From NCBI RefSeq assembly GCF_009914755.1, contig NC_060932.1: a stretch of DNA of 64,000 nt; one strand, written 5' to 3'. Below, one piece after another: positions 47,976 through 63,590 of the stretch; position 1 is the first letter of the stretch, and each line of letters starts with the position of its first letter. The notes beneath the pieces are model-generated. The model did not search any database, was not told the origin of the DNA, and saw only the letters and a program-made list of their open reading frames with translations. The translations under genes and the position numbers were made by a program. The stretch is from the human T2T-CHM13v2.0 reference genome, Homo sapiens.

Positions 47976-49311
47976 TAGAATTAATTCAGAAGAGTTTGTG
48001 GACAGCTATAGAAACATATTATCAGAAGACTTCTTTCACAAAGAGTATTAAGATCTTCGTTGAAGGCATGAGATGGTTCAAAGAATATTAACAGTAATCA
48101 ATTTTCGAAGGGATCCAAAATCAAAATCAAGCTCATTTTTACTTTCTTCTCTTCCTCACCCACGTGGCTCCCAGCCCCGCTATATCAATTTACTCTCAGT
48201 TGTAGATTCCTATGTATAGTGGTGAGGCCCGAGGGGCCAAGTCCACACTAGGAAACGTCTCTGAGACTAAAGCTAACTGATTAAGGGTCAACATCTAACT
48301 CAAAGTGGGGCATCAGATTCTTTGCATCTCAGGTTTAGCAACAAGAGTGGACTTGAAGCCAAGACCTCACAGCAACTTTAAGGGAGGATTCTAATGAGAA
48401 GGCTGACATACCTCTGCTGCTAAAGTTCTTGGAGCTGGCTTGGTTGTTTACTTCAAAATTCTTGGTTTTCCTGACTGGTGTGTTTCTGTCTCCAACTTTA
48501 CATGCAGTTATTTACTATAACTTCAAATATTTATCTGATGCTTTACAAGAGACCTCTAGTTTATAAACAATACCTTTCATTAGCTAACTCCACTACTAGG
48601 TTCTAGAACCTCCTAGTCAAGCTGATCCTGCTGCTACCCTTGGCCCAGAATGTATGTCCTGCTTCTAGTATCCTACTTTCTGATTACATTTATTCAAGTG
48701 AAAGTAGATTATTGTTTCATTAATACAGGTTTCAAGGCTTCTCACTGAGCAAAATCTCTAGCTATAGATTTTTTCTCATGTCAATAGGTTCAGTGGGAGC
48801 AGGGAAATAATCCCGTTTTCAGTCACAAACACTAATGAGGACAAATTCCCATACCAATCGAGTTTGTCATATATTCAATTATCTATGACAATAATATCCA
48901 TGATGTGCTGAATGCTGTCATCTTTCCCCACTCCGATTAACCCATTAACCTATCCCTCTCAACTTGGATAAGCTTCTTCTTCCTAGTCTAATTTGAAATA
49001 AGGCTATGGGGTTTCAATATCACTTTTCCTTTGTTTTCCTGGTCACTAAAAGAACCATAGGCCAAGCAGCTCATTAGAGATGGAACAGTCTGAAAGAACT
49101 TCACACAGTAAACCTTTATAAATGGCCACGTGTTTCAGAAACAGACTCACCAGAAGCACAGACCTTATAATCTGCCCAAAGTCACAGGAATTAAAAGGTA
49201 GAAAAGAAAGAAATATTGGGGCCCTAGTCTTCAGTTCAACCTAAAATGTTTAATCATGCCTCATATTGCAGACAATAAAATTCCCCTTTTTAGATAAAAG
49301 AAACAATTTGG

Positions 49312-49603
49312 GGCCGGGCGCGGCAGCTCACGCCTATAATCCCAGCACTTTGGAACGCCGAGGTGGGCGGATCACGAGGTCAGGAGATAGAGACCATCCT
49401 GGCTAACATGGTGAAATCCTGTATCTACTAAAAATACATAAAAAATTAGCTGGGCGTGGTGGCGGGTGCCTGTAGTCCCAGCTACTCGGGAGGCTGAGGC
49501 AAGAGCATGGCGTGAACCTGGGAGGCAGAGCTTGCAGTGAGCCTAGATCCCGCCATTGTACTCCAGCCTGGGCGACAGAGCAAGACTGTCTCAAAAAAAA
49601 AAA
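49312..49603 (+). mobile_element. AluY
   Basis: Full dimer; TSD aagaa(a/g)caatttgg. Confidence 0.95.
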
Positions 49604-50044
49604 GAAGCAATTTGGTTGTCAAGTTACATGTCTTTCAAACATTTTTTATGTGGCACCTGATTACAAAGATTACAAAGAAAATGTTCAGTTTAAACAAGTG
49701 TATAAGGACAAGGACTCTCCACACCTAATTTGACACAAAATTTATTTTTTTTAAGTTTCTTAGTAAGATAATTTACCCCAAATCTCAAAATACTTCAGAA
49801 ACAATCATTTAAGCACAAATATGAGTCCACTACATTATCTGCTTTTTTATAATTATTTTAAGAATTCTTACAAGTATCATTCTTGTATATTTGCCAACAT
49901 AAAAAACTGCTACTTATCCTCAGTGACCAAATCTTTAAGCATTTCCAAGAAAGCAGTTTTAATTGTATTGAAAACATTCTACTACTCTTTTCAGGAGATG
50001 CTCAACCTAGATAAATTTTGCAAAACCGCTGTAAGATGTTTTTA

Positions 50045-50872
50045 TAATATATGCTTGCTATTGCTGCCGTAACAAATTATCACAAATCCAGTGGTTTAAA
50101 ACAATAACAACAACAAACTTACTCTCCTACAGTTCTGGAGATCCTAAATCTGACGTAAGTCTCATTGGGCTAAAATCAAAGTGTCGGCCAGGCGCAGTGG
50201 CTCACGCCTGTAATCCCAGCACTTTGGGAGGCCGAGGCGGGCGGATCACAAGGTCAGGAGATCGAGACCACCCTGGCTAACATGGTGAAACCCCGTTTCT
50301 ACTAAAAATACAAAAACAAAATTACCCGGGCGTGGTGGCAGAGCCTGCAGTCCCAGCTACTCAGGAGGCTGAGGCAGGAGAATGGCGTGAACCCAGGAGG
50401 CCGAGCTTACAGTGAGCCGAGACTGTGCCACTGCACTCCAGCCTGGGCGACAGAGCGAGACTCCATTTGAAGAAAAAAAAAAAAAAAAATCAAGGTGTCG
50501 GCAAGGCTGAATTCCTTACTGGTGACTTTCATGAAAACCTACTTCCTTGCCTTTTCCATCTTCTTGGGGCTACCCCCATTCCTTAGTTTAGGGAACCCTT
50601 TCTCTCTTTTCAAAGCCACCAATGGTGGCTTGAATCCATCTGAAATTATATCATCTGACTTTCTCTCTGCCTCCCTCTTCTACTTCTAAGGAATCTGGTG
50701 ATTACTTTGGGTCCACCAAGACAATCCATGATAATCTTCCCATCTCAAATTAACTGATTAGCAACCAAAATTCCATCTGTAACCTTAATTTCTGTTAGCA
50801 ATGTAAAGTTAACATTCCCAGGTTCCAGGAATTAAGATATGAACATCTTTCAACCATTATTTGCCTACCACA
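50045..50872 (-). mobile_element. MLT1C/D-like MaLR solo LTR interrupted by AluY
   Basis: ctattgctgccgtaacaaattatcacaaa...cagttctggag...gggctaaaatcaaag|Alu|...ggttccaggaattaagatatgaacatctt...gcctaccaca. Confidence 0.8.
50186..50489 (+). mobile_element. AluY
   Basis: Full dimer; TSD aaaatcaa(a/g)gtgtc. Confidence 0.95.
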
Positions 50873-51121
50873 TATAGCATGTAACTTCTTATAAAAAGTT
50901 TTTAAAGCATAACATTATATGTATATGGTTCTTTCTAACGGGAGACCCAACAGTACTCTCCAGGTACGCCGACTCCTGTTTCATTGTTCTTCGCAGCAGA
51001 CCACGGTGACCCTCAATTACTCTAAGAGGAGCAAAGTCTTCAGTCTTCCCTATTGCTGATAACTCTGCATATTATTAGCCCAAAACTTAACAAGTCAATT
51101 GGATTATTTACCACCTAACTT

Positions 51122-51124
<3 letters not shown>

Positions 51125-51162
<38 letters not shown>
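51125..51162. repeat. (AC)n microsatellite
   Basis: About 19 perfect units. Confidence 0.95.
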
Positions 51163-51166
<4 letters not shown>

Positions 51167-53663
51167 TAGATATAAATTATATAGACTATATTATAATTTA
51201 AATATAAATTCTATAATACTGGCTGTTTTAACATTTTTTTCTGAACCAAGATCTTATCTGGGTTGATATATTACATTTGACTGAATGAATCTGAGTTTTA
51301 CCTAGTTGAATAATCACAAGCTAAGGTATGTCCCCTACTTTTCCAAGGCAAAGGAGGGGGAAGAAGAGATAAAGCATAATTTTATTTTTGCTCTCTCTCA
51401 GCAGAATCATAAAATATAATTTTATAACAAGGAGTCCCTGAAGTATAAATAATGGGAAAAAAAACAGCAGAAATCCTATTACATATTAAATAATCAATTG
51501 AAGTTCTGAACTGGGATGGGAAAAATGGGAATTACAACAAATTGCTTTCATTAGTTCATTTAGATAACCAACTTTAATTATGGTATTAAATAATACTATC
51601 TTTATATAGTCAGCTTAATTTCCCCTAAGAAGCCAATTTGCTTAGAGACTTTTTAGAAAAATACCATCAGATCTCTATTTTTTCTTGCATTTTCAGTAAA
51701 TATAAAAGTATCTGGAACAATATAATGTAATACAAGAAGAAAACTATTTCTAATCATGTTATTTCACGATAATAAAAGCAGTTGCCAAATAATGAGCATG
51801 TACTTTCTAATTATTATATATAAAATATACAGCTATTGTACAAGGGTGTTTCACGTATATTATCTCATTTAATCCTCTTAACAACTGTATGACATACAGC
51901 TATTACCCTCATTCCCATTTTAATGCTGAAAGAAGTAAACAACTCACTCAAGGAACAGGTCTCTTTGACTCCAACCACTATTACGTAATGCCATTCAGCC
52001 AGAAAACAGTTATTTTTTTTAAGTCCTAATTGTTAGATTTTAAAGAGCAGCTTGAATTTTGCGCTCCCAAGAAAGATATTCAGTGAGGATCCCCTCAGTC
52101 TCTGCATATAAGACAAATTAAACCAAGAATTGTTTGAAAGTATAGAGAAAGAAAGTTGCAGGAGCTTTGTTTCTCTAATGTAATGTCACTTGCTTGATTC
52201 AGCCTTTCTTACTCCCAAAAGGCTGCAGAACTGTTCTTTATCAAGGAAATTACAACTTAATCCTTTTCTTCCAGCAGGCTTTAGAAGGTTATTCCATTGT
52301 CTTCAAGCTGTCAATATTGTAAATGAAAAGTCCTTTGCCTAATTTTTTTCCCTCTGTAGGCAACTTATTCCTTCTTTCTGGAAAAGTGCAATATACATCT
52401 TACTCAGTTTATCTTTTCTCATCAATCTCATATGGAGCTCCCTGAGCCTTTTCAATCTCAAGATAGGTTTCTCTTTCTTATCATTTGTTTAATTATTACT
52501 GATCTCTTCCATCAGACTTTTTTTTCTTTTTTCCCCTGCCTCTGAAACTCATATCACGTGTAAGGTTTAAAATGACGTTGATGTTCCCAGATTTATTTAC
52601 CTTTTTCGTCATGATTTCCATGTTTCAACATTTGTCTCTGTACATCTCACACGTAAGCTTCCAGGCTACTAACATGGTCTTTAATTCATCTACTAAATTG
52701 TTTCCTCTGAAAAAAAAATTAGGTGGTGGATTTTTTTTTTATTTCGGTTTTGAGTTTTGGCCCCAGGAAATTTCTTCCCCACTTTATACTTTAATTTCTC
52801 TGGGAGATATTTTTTTTTTATTCAGGTATTTACCTGACTCCTTTAGCAGTCCTGGATATGTATTCTGATTGTTGTCTTAATCATCCCTTCTGGCTGAGAT
52901 GGGCTGTTATTTTTCACTTGGTTTGCTGGGCTTCATGTCTAGATGTTGGGGTATTCCACAGTGACAATCCCACATGCGTTGGAACACCATACACCTCTGT
53001 TATCTTTAGAATGATTTGCTGTGGACGCCAGCAAGCTGTCTCTTCCCTAATGAGAGGCACCTGGAAGAGGCCTCCAAAGGGAACATACTCTGTCTCCTTC
53101 ACTCTTGAGAATTGTAGAGAATAAGGAGAGATGGAGGTGTGGTATACATGTAAACTGTGTGAGGGCAGTGAGACTTAAATAAAGATTCAAGAGATTTATC
53201 AGTTTAGAAGCCCCATTCTGCAACTTCCATTTAGCAACCTTCTCAAGATCTCTGTTATCAATTATACTAATTTGCAAGTAACAGAAACCATTGTCTATCT
53301 TAGACTGAAATGACAGGAGAGTAGAGGACCAACCTTAGAAACACATAAGAAGCTGTAGAGCTAAGAGTAGGAAGCACAACTGTCTTTTAGTAGGAAACAT
53401 TATGACCAGGCCACTGCCCACACTAAAGCAAAAATCTGCTGCTATATATGATTCCTTACTATAGCTAAGATTTTGTATTCAAAATTCTACATTTACAAAA
53501 TGAAGTGCATGACTGGACAAACCAAGACAATCCCTGACTGCAAAGAAGTAGAAGGAAGGAAGATCTGACACTACCAGTTTCCGCATTCCTCTCAGCAAGG
53601 AGTGCCCACAGTTTAAAATCTCCAAAATCAGAAAAAGAATTGGATACTAATTAGTCAAAATGA

Positions 53664-54000
<337 letters not shown>

Positions 54001-54097
54001 GACTCCCAGATCTTATATCAGACTCCATGAAAAGTATGCTTATAATTTGCTTTTAAAATGAAATTCTCAAGCACTAACAGTCTCAAAAAACCATACA

Positions 54098-54394
<297 letters not shown>

Positions 54395-54699
54395 TCATAT
54401 AGCATATATTCAGAAAAGCTATTTAGTGGTTTTGGAGACTATATTTGAGGGGTAGGGAGAAGCAAAGATAAATAAGTTCTAAAGGCAGAAAATGTATTGA
54501 TTTCTGAAGTAAATTCAATTCAACATTACAGTATAAAAACTGTCATCAACATTCCCAAGACCACAGTCTTAAGTAGTTTGTTTAATTATACAAGCATTTC
54601 AAGTTGATTTTTAAAATAATCTCAGTTTGAATTTTCTTCTTTTTGATGGTAAATAGCATCTATGAAAGAAACACATGGGTTCAAGATTTCTAAATGGAC

Positions 54700-55000
54700 T
54701 TTTTTTTTTTTTTTTTTTTGAGACAGAGTCTCGCTCTGTCGCCCAGGCTGGAGTGCAGTGGTGCAATCTCAGCTCATCAAGCTCCGCCTCCCGGGTTCAT
54801 GCCATTCTCCTGCCTCAGCCTCCTAAGTAGCTGGGACAATAGGTGCCCGCCACCACACCCAGCTAATTTTTTTGTATTTTTAGTAGAGATGGGGTTTCAC
54901 CGTGTTAGCCAGGATGGTCTCGATCTCCTGACCTCGTGCTCTGCCCATCTCAGCCTCCCAAAGTGCTGGGATAACAGACGTGAGCCACCGCGCCTGCCCC
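54700..55000 (-). mobile_element. AluY
   Basis: Full dimer; TSD ctaaatggac. Confidence 0.95.
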
Positions 55001-57500
55001 TAAATGGACATTTTTAAGAAATGTCAACAAAGGACAAACAGAGGAAATGGGAATTCTGTACCACACAGGAGCATAATTCAGGCTGAGATTTTAGCACCAA
55101 CAATAATAATAGTAATTAATAATGGCAATTAATATTCACTGAATGTACACTGTACCTGGTACTCTTCTAAATATTTTATATGTACTAGCTTATCCTCTCA
55201 GGAACACTGTGAAGAACAGTATTCTCATTTTACATGTAAGGAAAGACAGAGGCCAAGAAAGTGGCCCATGGCCTCACACAGCTGGAAACTGGTGGGGTCA
55301 GGGTATAAGCCTGGAGCATGTGCTCTACAGCAACCTGCCCTGATGTCTCCTGTAAGCTGGTGGTAATGTGGCTTGGCTGGGCTCTAGCTTTTCAAAAATA
55401 TCAAATGTATTTGCTATTCTACCCCACATATAGAGATATGATTAATCTTTATAAAAATCAGGCCAGTATTTCATCATCTAGGCAAAAACCTTTTAAAAAT
55501 CAATTTTGTATACTAATCTCTCAAAAACTACTAGACTCCAGCAAAAGGAAAACAAACAAACAAAAAAAAAACAAGGCTTCCCACTTTTTTTATCCAGCTA
55601 TCCCAAAGCAGAACTCTGCCTTACAGAGAAAAATCTCAGAATTCCTTAACCATATTCAACTCCAGAAAATAAGATATATAAGCTATTACAGGTTTCAGTG
55701 AACCTCAGAATAAACCTCCTAAGAGGTTTCTGCAAGCTAATTAAGTATACCGGGGTTTACAACCAATTTTGACTCCCATAATAACTATGATACATACTTT
55801 AATAGCAACTATATCCTCATTTATATTTTGAGTATAGTTTCAAAGGTGCCCTTCCCCTTCCCTCAACTTTTATAAGGCACAAGAACTTAAACAGAATGAA
55901 GACAATATGTGCCAAAGCCTACTGTGAACTGAGGAAGTAGAGTGCTGCAGGGATCCATTCATTAAAAATTCAAGCCCCATATCTAGTCTTTTATTTCAAT
56001 AGAACCTAGATAAAAAGAGCATTTACATTATGGACTTTTGAAAGAGGGATTAAGAGGAGGAGGCGAGAAATACTAATTTCAATAAGATATTCAAAGGACT
56101 GATAAAATGAAAACTTCAGATGTAGAGGCAGGAAAACAGAAGACTGAAGCCTGGAAAGGATAATATTTTAAGAAAGTGAGAACAGTATAAAATTCTGACT
56201 AATGACTGAGAAAAATCCAGTGGCTGTGACAACAAGGTGAAGCAAGAAGCAGTTACAGCAGAGAAGATGAAAGCCTAGAAGACTACGTAGGAAACACATT
56301 CCAAGCTCAATAATAGTTATCATTTACAAAAGCAAGTAACATAAGAGGCTTTGTAGTCAGAGAGAGGATGTTATAAGTTGAAGCTTCTCAAGGTAGTTTT
56401 ATGTAATGACTTGGTCCAGGATGTGGCTATGTTAGTGAGAGACTTAGGAGGAAATGGGAGAGTCAGTTGAAACTGGAAGATGTCAAAAAACTGAAAGGAC
56501 AGGATATCCAAAGGTCATGTTAGTGGATGCTCAAGTAGCAAAGGATAATGACAGAAAATGTGATTTTTTTAAAAAATAGTTTTATATCAGGCATTGCAAT
56601 AATTTGAGGAATATTGAAAAATATATTAGAAGCTGCAATAGATGGCTATAAGGAGGAATAATCTTAACCATTATTAAGCACCACCACTATATCTTTTAAA
56701 ATGTCATGTATATTTTAGTTGCATCATTAAAAAACTGATTATGCTGAAGTGGATGACATCTGGGAAGACAATTACGTAAATCAACCTGCCATGGCTAAAC
56801 AAACATCCATCATCTCAAGTATCAAAAAACAGATGATACACTCAAGAGAAATTATACTTGCCCTCTAGAAGCTTTTTAGATTTCAAAATAAAAAATTGTA
56901 TACAGCAAAGCAAAATGTGAATATATATGAGAGAACAAAATGCTGATTGAATACAGCTTCGTTTCATCTAGATACCTAAAATGATTGAAAAGTCCAATTT
57001 GTTTGAAATTGCTTTTTCTCTAGACTATGGCACATATTGAAACGATTAAGTTCTGAACTACTGTATTCAAAACACTCAAAACCCCATATAAGCGGGGGGA
57101 CTACTATACTAGATGAGTTTCCTTGAATCAACCTCAAGTGTTCAAATGTCATCCAACTCAGTAGAATTTGTACTTTATAATGGCTCTCATTGATGGTAGG
57201 ATAGAAAATGTCCAGTCTTTAAAAGAGACTATAAATTAACTAAATTTGACAATAGTAATCCATTAAAATTGAGTTCCACATCAATAGGCATTTGACTGCA
57301 TTTGGAAAGTTAATGTTGTGAGTCTTCCCCTAAGTAACTTTAGATTACCATCTCTCTGTTTACCTTTTGATGGAAAAGAACTGCTTCTACAAGAAGCAAT
57401 AAACCCTTCCTTACCTATTCTCAGGAAACACTATTTGTACCACAAAAAAAGTAAGAATAAACCTTTATTTAAAATTTAGATATCATCAAATGATACTTAC

Positions 57501-57725
57501 CAATGCACACATCGATCTTCCCTTTAATAGCAGCTTCATGCAGAGGTGTATAGTTCCAGTTATCCCTGGCATTTGGATCAGCTCCTTGGCACAATAACAG
57601 ACTCACAACCTCAGCATGGCCAAAAGAACAGGCATTATGAAGCGGGATGAGACCTCCATCATCACGAGCGTGGACATTAGCACCCATCTGTAGTAAGTGT
57701 TCTACAACATCCTTCCTTCCAAAAC
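57501..57725 (-). CDS. TNKS: Tankyrase-1 coding exon 2 (ankyrin repeats), 225 nt, phase 1-1
   Basis: Translates (G)[74 protein letters not shown](V), recognisable as tankyrase-1. Acceptor tttcgtttctttttag|G at 57726/57725; donor TTG|gtaagt at 57501/57500. Exon number is from recalled gene structure. Confidence 0.97.
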
Positions 57726-58119
57726 CTAAAAAGAAACGAAAAAATGTCTTGTATATATATTTGATTTTGTAAAAAGAACCATTAGAATATCTGTAACAAT
57801 ATCAACAAGTATGAACAACTGAAGTACTGCACTCTATAGTAAATGGTGTAAAACAAAAGAAACATTAGCTTCATTCAAACTGACTCATTTCACAGAATTT
57901 AGAACTAAGGAAGCTCTTCCTTTAGTCTTTGGGCTGTTCATTCAAAAAACATTTTCTAAACACTTAATATGTGCTGTGCAACAGTGCTAGAAACACAAAA
58001 TAAATATGACAAGACTTATCCAGGAACTCACTTTCCCCTCAGGCTTCACAACACAAAACTGTATATAGAAACTCATCACTACATTCATAGAAACAAGGGT
58101 TATTTAAATACTGCTGATA

Positions 58120-58447
<328 letters not shown>

Positions 58448-59711
58448 CTAAGACAAATCACAACACACAGCATTGTATTAGGGAAATTGGGGATGAATGT
58501 ATGGGTATGAGAAACACATGGTGAACGCTTGGTCAAAGGGAATTTTGAAAAGGAAGAACTAAAGATGATGCCAAAATATCTATTCTTGGGGCTAGTGGCC
58601 AAACTATATGAAATGGGTGGTGAACTGGAACAATTCAAGCTTGGATTCACTTAGTTTGAGGAAACGATATGGCAAATGAGTGGGAATACAAGCACTTGGG
58701 AATATAAAACCAGAATTTTATAAGAAGTATCACAGTTTTCAGACAAAAATGGGGGTTTAGGGGGAGTCAGAAAGAGTCTCAAGTAGTCTAAGGATGAGGC
58801 AAACACTTAGAAAGGTAAGAAATACTAAGAAAGCACAACATCAACATCGTGGAAGTCAAGGAACAACAACATTATGCAAAGTCCAGTACCATGAGGATTT
58901 AATGAGATCAACGGAGAAGAAAACAATGGCCATTGGTAATATTAAACTAATTTTAGTATAGTGGTAAAATTACAAACTAAATTGCAATGGGTTATAAAAG
59001 GAAACCGCAAATATTCGCATTTTTATATTCACAAGCTAGAATCTTAATTAATGATTCTTTCCCACTTTAAATTGTATTAGGTCTTATTAACTAGGTATCA
59101 CTACCTCTACTATTATTGTGTAATACTGTTACAAAATGGCATCTTAAATAAAAATAAAAGACAGTAAAAGAGTCACATCTTCCTTTATTTTGGGCATATG
59201 TTAAACAAATAAAAACCATGTGGAAAAGAGTAAGGGGAAAAAAGAAATTTATCTCAAGATATGTCTTCCATGCTATCTATAGAAATTCATTCATTCCAGA
59301 AAAGCAGGCTCTAAGAAAAAGTCTCCAAAGTAAAGCATACATTTCCACAGATATGTATTACAAAGTCAGAATGAGGTTTCCGTAGAAAATATCCTTAAAA
59401 ATTAAGCTGATAATTTTAGGTGAAAAGATCAATTTTGTATTAGTAACTGAATCAGTAAAAGCATAGGGTACATGCTCAAGTAAACTGTCAGCATCTTACC
59501 AGGGTTCCTGGTTTTGTTTTTTAAATACCTGCAGAACTTTACGGATGTTAGGTTTTCTTTAATTCTCTAACTTCGACTTCCTTCCCTCTACCATCAATGC
59601 CCTACTCTTCCACTGGGCCATAAGTGCTGTCCTGACCCAGGAAGGTTGAATTATTCTCCTTCTCTACGGATCTGAATAAAGCCTGAGTGCAAACTTCCAT
59701 TTCCCTAATCA

Positions 59712-60533
59712 GCACCAGCCCTTGAGAGCAGCCATGGGAGCTGACTCCTGCAAAGCCACAGGGGTGGAGCCGCCCAAGGCCTTGGGAGCCCACCCCTTGT
59801 GTTGGTGTGGCCTGGATGTGAGCCGTGGAGTCAAGGGAGATTATTTTGGAACTTTAAGATTGAACAACTGCCCTGCTGGGTTTCGAAGTCCATGGAGCCT
59901 GCAGGCCCTTTGTTTTGGTTGATTTCTCCCTTTTGGAATGTGAGTATTTAGCCAATGCCTGTACGCCCACTGTATCTTGTAACTAACTAACTGGCTTTGA
60001 TTTTACAGGCAGAAGGGACTTGCTTTGCTTTGAACTCTGGACTTTTGAGTTAATGCTGGAATGAGTTGAGACTATTGGGGACTATCGGGAAGGCATGATT
60101 GTATTTTGAAATATGAGAAGGATATGAGATTTGGGAGGAGCCAGGGACCAAAAAATTTGGTTTGGATTTGTGGCCCCACCCAAATCTCATGTCAAATTAT
60201 GATCCCCAGTGTTAGAAGAGGGGCCTGGTGGTAGGTGAGTGGATCATGGAGGCAGATTTCCCTCTTGCTGTTCTCGTAATAGTGAGTTCTCACAAGATCT
60301 GGTTGTTTAAAAGTGTGTAGCACCTCCTCCTGCTCTCCTCTGCCTCCTTCCCTGACCATATAAGACATGCCTGCTTCCCCTTCACCTCCCGTCACGACTG
60401 TGAATTTCCTGGGGCCTCCCCAGCCATGCTTCCTGTACAGTCTACAAAACTGTGAGTCAGTTAAATCTCTTTTCTTTATAAATTACCCAGGCTCAGGTAG
60501 TTCTTTATAGCAATGCAAGAACGGACTAACACA
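59712..60533 (+). mobile_element. MST (ERVL-MaLR) internal fragment plus 3' LTR (LTR ~60155-60533)
   Basis: gggtggagccgcccaaggccttgggagcccacc, ttttgagttaatgctggaatgagtt, LTR tggtttggat...ccccacccaaatctcatg ... gaacggactaacaca. Confidence 0.88.
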
Positions 60534-61130
60534 GCCATTATAAAAACATTTTTACCATTACTAAAAAAAAAAGTCAAAATAAATTTCCTTGTACATTTGT
60601 CCTATTCATTTAAGATAAATGCCTCAAAGTAGTAGTACTAGATCAATAGGTATACATTTAAAATTTCACATGTTGCCAAGTTGCCCTCTACCAATTTTCA
60701 TTTTCAACCAAAATCCTCGTGACCATTCCGTGCACATTTAAAAGCTTTACAAAGAGGCAAAAAAAAAAATGAATTGTTATTTACATTTTTCAGTTCAGAT
60801 ATTTGCTTTTTTACTGTTGAAAACTAAATATATGAATACAGTTGAACTCTTACCCTCAATCCTAGTCCCCTCTTTGCTTCCCCAGAGGTACTATTACATA
60901 AATTCAATGTTTGTTATATCATGCAAATTATATACTTTTCAATGTGTGTTTTTTAAACACTTGTGTTTCTATATTTATATTTTATACATTTCATGTTATT
61001 ATTTGTATATTATGTATTTCATATTCTATGTGATTAGAATATATTTCATATATTCACATTATTTTTGTCAACTTCATATGGTTCAATCTATATTAGTGGA
61101 AGGTTGATAACCATAATCCATTCTTCTGGC

Positions 61131-61635
61131 TGATATGGTTTGGCTCTGTGTCCCCACCCAAATCTCATGTTGAATTGGAATCCCCATGTGTTGAAGGAGG
61201 GGCCTGGTGGGAAGTGATTGGGTCACAGGGGTGGTTTCTAATAGTTTAGCACCATCACCCTAGTGCTGTCACATGAGTGAATTCTCATGACATCTGGAGA
61301 TTTAAAAGTAGGTGGCAACAGGGAGGTGGAGCTTGCAGTGAGCCGAGATCGCCCCACTGCACTCCAGCCTGGGCAACAGAGCCAGACTCCATCTCAAAAA
61401 AAAAAAAAAAAAAAAAAGAGGGGGGTGGTGGCACCTCCCGCTTTCTGCTGTCTCTCTCCTGCCCCACCATGATTGCTTCCCCTTTGCCTTCTGCCATGAT
61501 TGTAAATATCCTGAGGCCTCCTCCCACCCATGTTTCCTGTACAGCCTGCAGAACTATGAGTCAATTAAAACTCTTTTATTCATAAATTACCGTCTTAGGT
61601 AGTTCTTTATAGCAGTGTGAGAATGGACTAATACA
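61131..61635 (+). mobile_element. MSTA/B solo LTR interrupted by an Alu fragment
   Basis: tgatatggtttggctctgtgtccccacccaaatctc ... gagaatggactaataca. Confidence 0.9.
61321..61417 (+). mobile_element. AluY 3' fragment with poly-A
   Basis: gggaggtggagcttgcagtgagccgagatcg...ctc plus A-tail. Confidence 0.92.
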
Positions 61636-62507
61636 CTGGCCAACAGAAAGACTCAATTTTGCTCAGACTCAATTTTGCTCGGGAATTGGGCAGGAAATAA
61701 TATACTAAGAGAAAGCCATCCCTTCCTCAGTCCAGAGGAGGAATCCTAATTAAGCCAATCAGGTAATTTCATTCTGCTCTGTCAGTGACTGGCCATGAGG
61801 ACAGATGGGAAAATCTAGAAGCTTCTGGAAATATGTTTCTCTCTTCTACACCTTCTACAGAAGGTGTGGGAGGAAGAGTGCCCTTTCTCCTCTCACCCTT
61901 CCTCCCAACCGTTAGAAAATTCAACAGAATTATTTTTTTAAATGCTGGCATAGAACCCTTACTACGTTCACAGAACTGAAACCAACTCTTGAATTTCCTA
62001 CCACTACACTTCTTATCAAGCAGGAAAATAAATGTCCTTAGGCTTTAAGTCAGTTGAAGTTTTAAAATACTCATAGTTAAATCCATGCAAATTGATAAAA
62101 GCATCTGTTCCTATGTTTACTAAGCATTCACATTTCAACTCTTGTCAGTTCATTGTCTTGGCCATTTTCTTTTGGGCTATTTGTCTTTTTCTTATGATTC
62201 TGCAGGCGTTCTTTACATATTCTGAACATTAATCTTTTCCTACATGGATTGTGATTTATATATAAAATTTAAGGAAACCTTTCCTATTTCTGTACTGTTC
62301 CTACATTTTCTTCTAGATTATAATTCTTTCACATTTAGATATTTAAATAACTTGTAACTATGGTGTGAGTTGAAATTTTTATTTTTATTTTTCCTTATCT
62401 TTTCTTTTTGGTTGGTCAGTTTGTCTATTTGTTAGTATAACTTTAGAATAAGTCTAGATATCTAGTAGGGTAGAGTTGACCCACCTTGTTCCTCTTAAAA
62501 AATTATC

Positions 62508-62808
<301 letters not shown>

Positions 62809-63249
62809 TCACTTGTCTCACACAATTTGTCAAGACAAAGGCAATCCAGGCACACATAGCAGTTTATCAACGGTATTAGGAGCTCCTTAGAATCTTTCCA
62901 CATTCTTAGCATCTCCACTTGCTTCTTACCTCACAGTCACAAGAGTGCTATATTTCTAAGCCTCATATCTAGGTTCTCAGACAAGAAGGGAGAGTGAGTA
63001 AAGGGGGGCGCGGGGGAGCTTTCTCTCTTGACTTTTTTATAATTAAGGAAGAAATGGCATCTCCAGATACTTTCATACATAGTTCATTGGCCAAAAATGT
63101 GTCATCTGTCCAGCTACCAAAAAAAACAAAAAAGGCTAAAAAATCAAGTCTTTCATAGCCAGACACACTACTGCCTTGAACGAAATCTAAGATCTGTTAG
63201 TGAAGAATTTGAAGAAAATAAATTTGGGGTACATAACCAACAGTATTTG

Positions 63250-63590
63250 TCACAACTTTGTAAGTCAAGGGTAAGAAGATTGGGTTTCATTGTAAGTATG
63301 TGGGAAACCATTTATTAGGGAAATTACTTGATTCTATTTAAATCTTAAAAGGATCATCTGTCAGCTATGTGAAAAACAGACAAGTGAAGAGCAAAATCAG
63401 AGGGACTAGTCAAGAAAATTCTGCAGTAGTCTGGGCAAGAACCGATAGTGGGTTGGAAAAAAACAGTGAAAGTACAGCTGGGTCAAAGAAGAGAAAAATG
63501 GATAGGTTATAAAGCAAAGATGACTGGCTCTCAGATTTCTAGCTTAAGCAACTCTATTTTTAGAGGCGCCAGTTGAGGAAGGGTCAGGCA
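63250..63590 (-). mobile_element. L2 fragment
   Basis: ttaaaaggatcatctgtcagctatgtg...gcagtagtctgggcaaga. Confidence 0.55.

Noticed and set aside
57469-57687. 72-aa ORF as a stand-alone ankyrin gene or processed pseudogene
   Set aside because: It is bounded by canonical splice sites and joins in frame to the exon at 22221-22316; the tail [10 protein letters not shown] is intron read-through.
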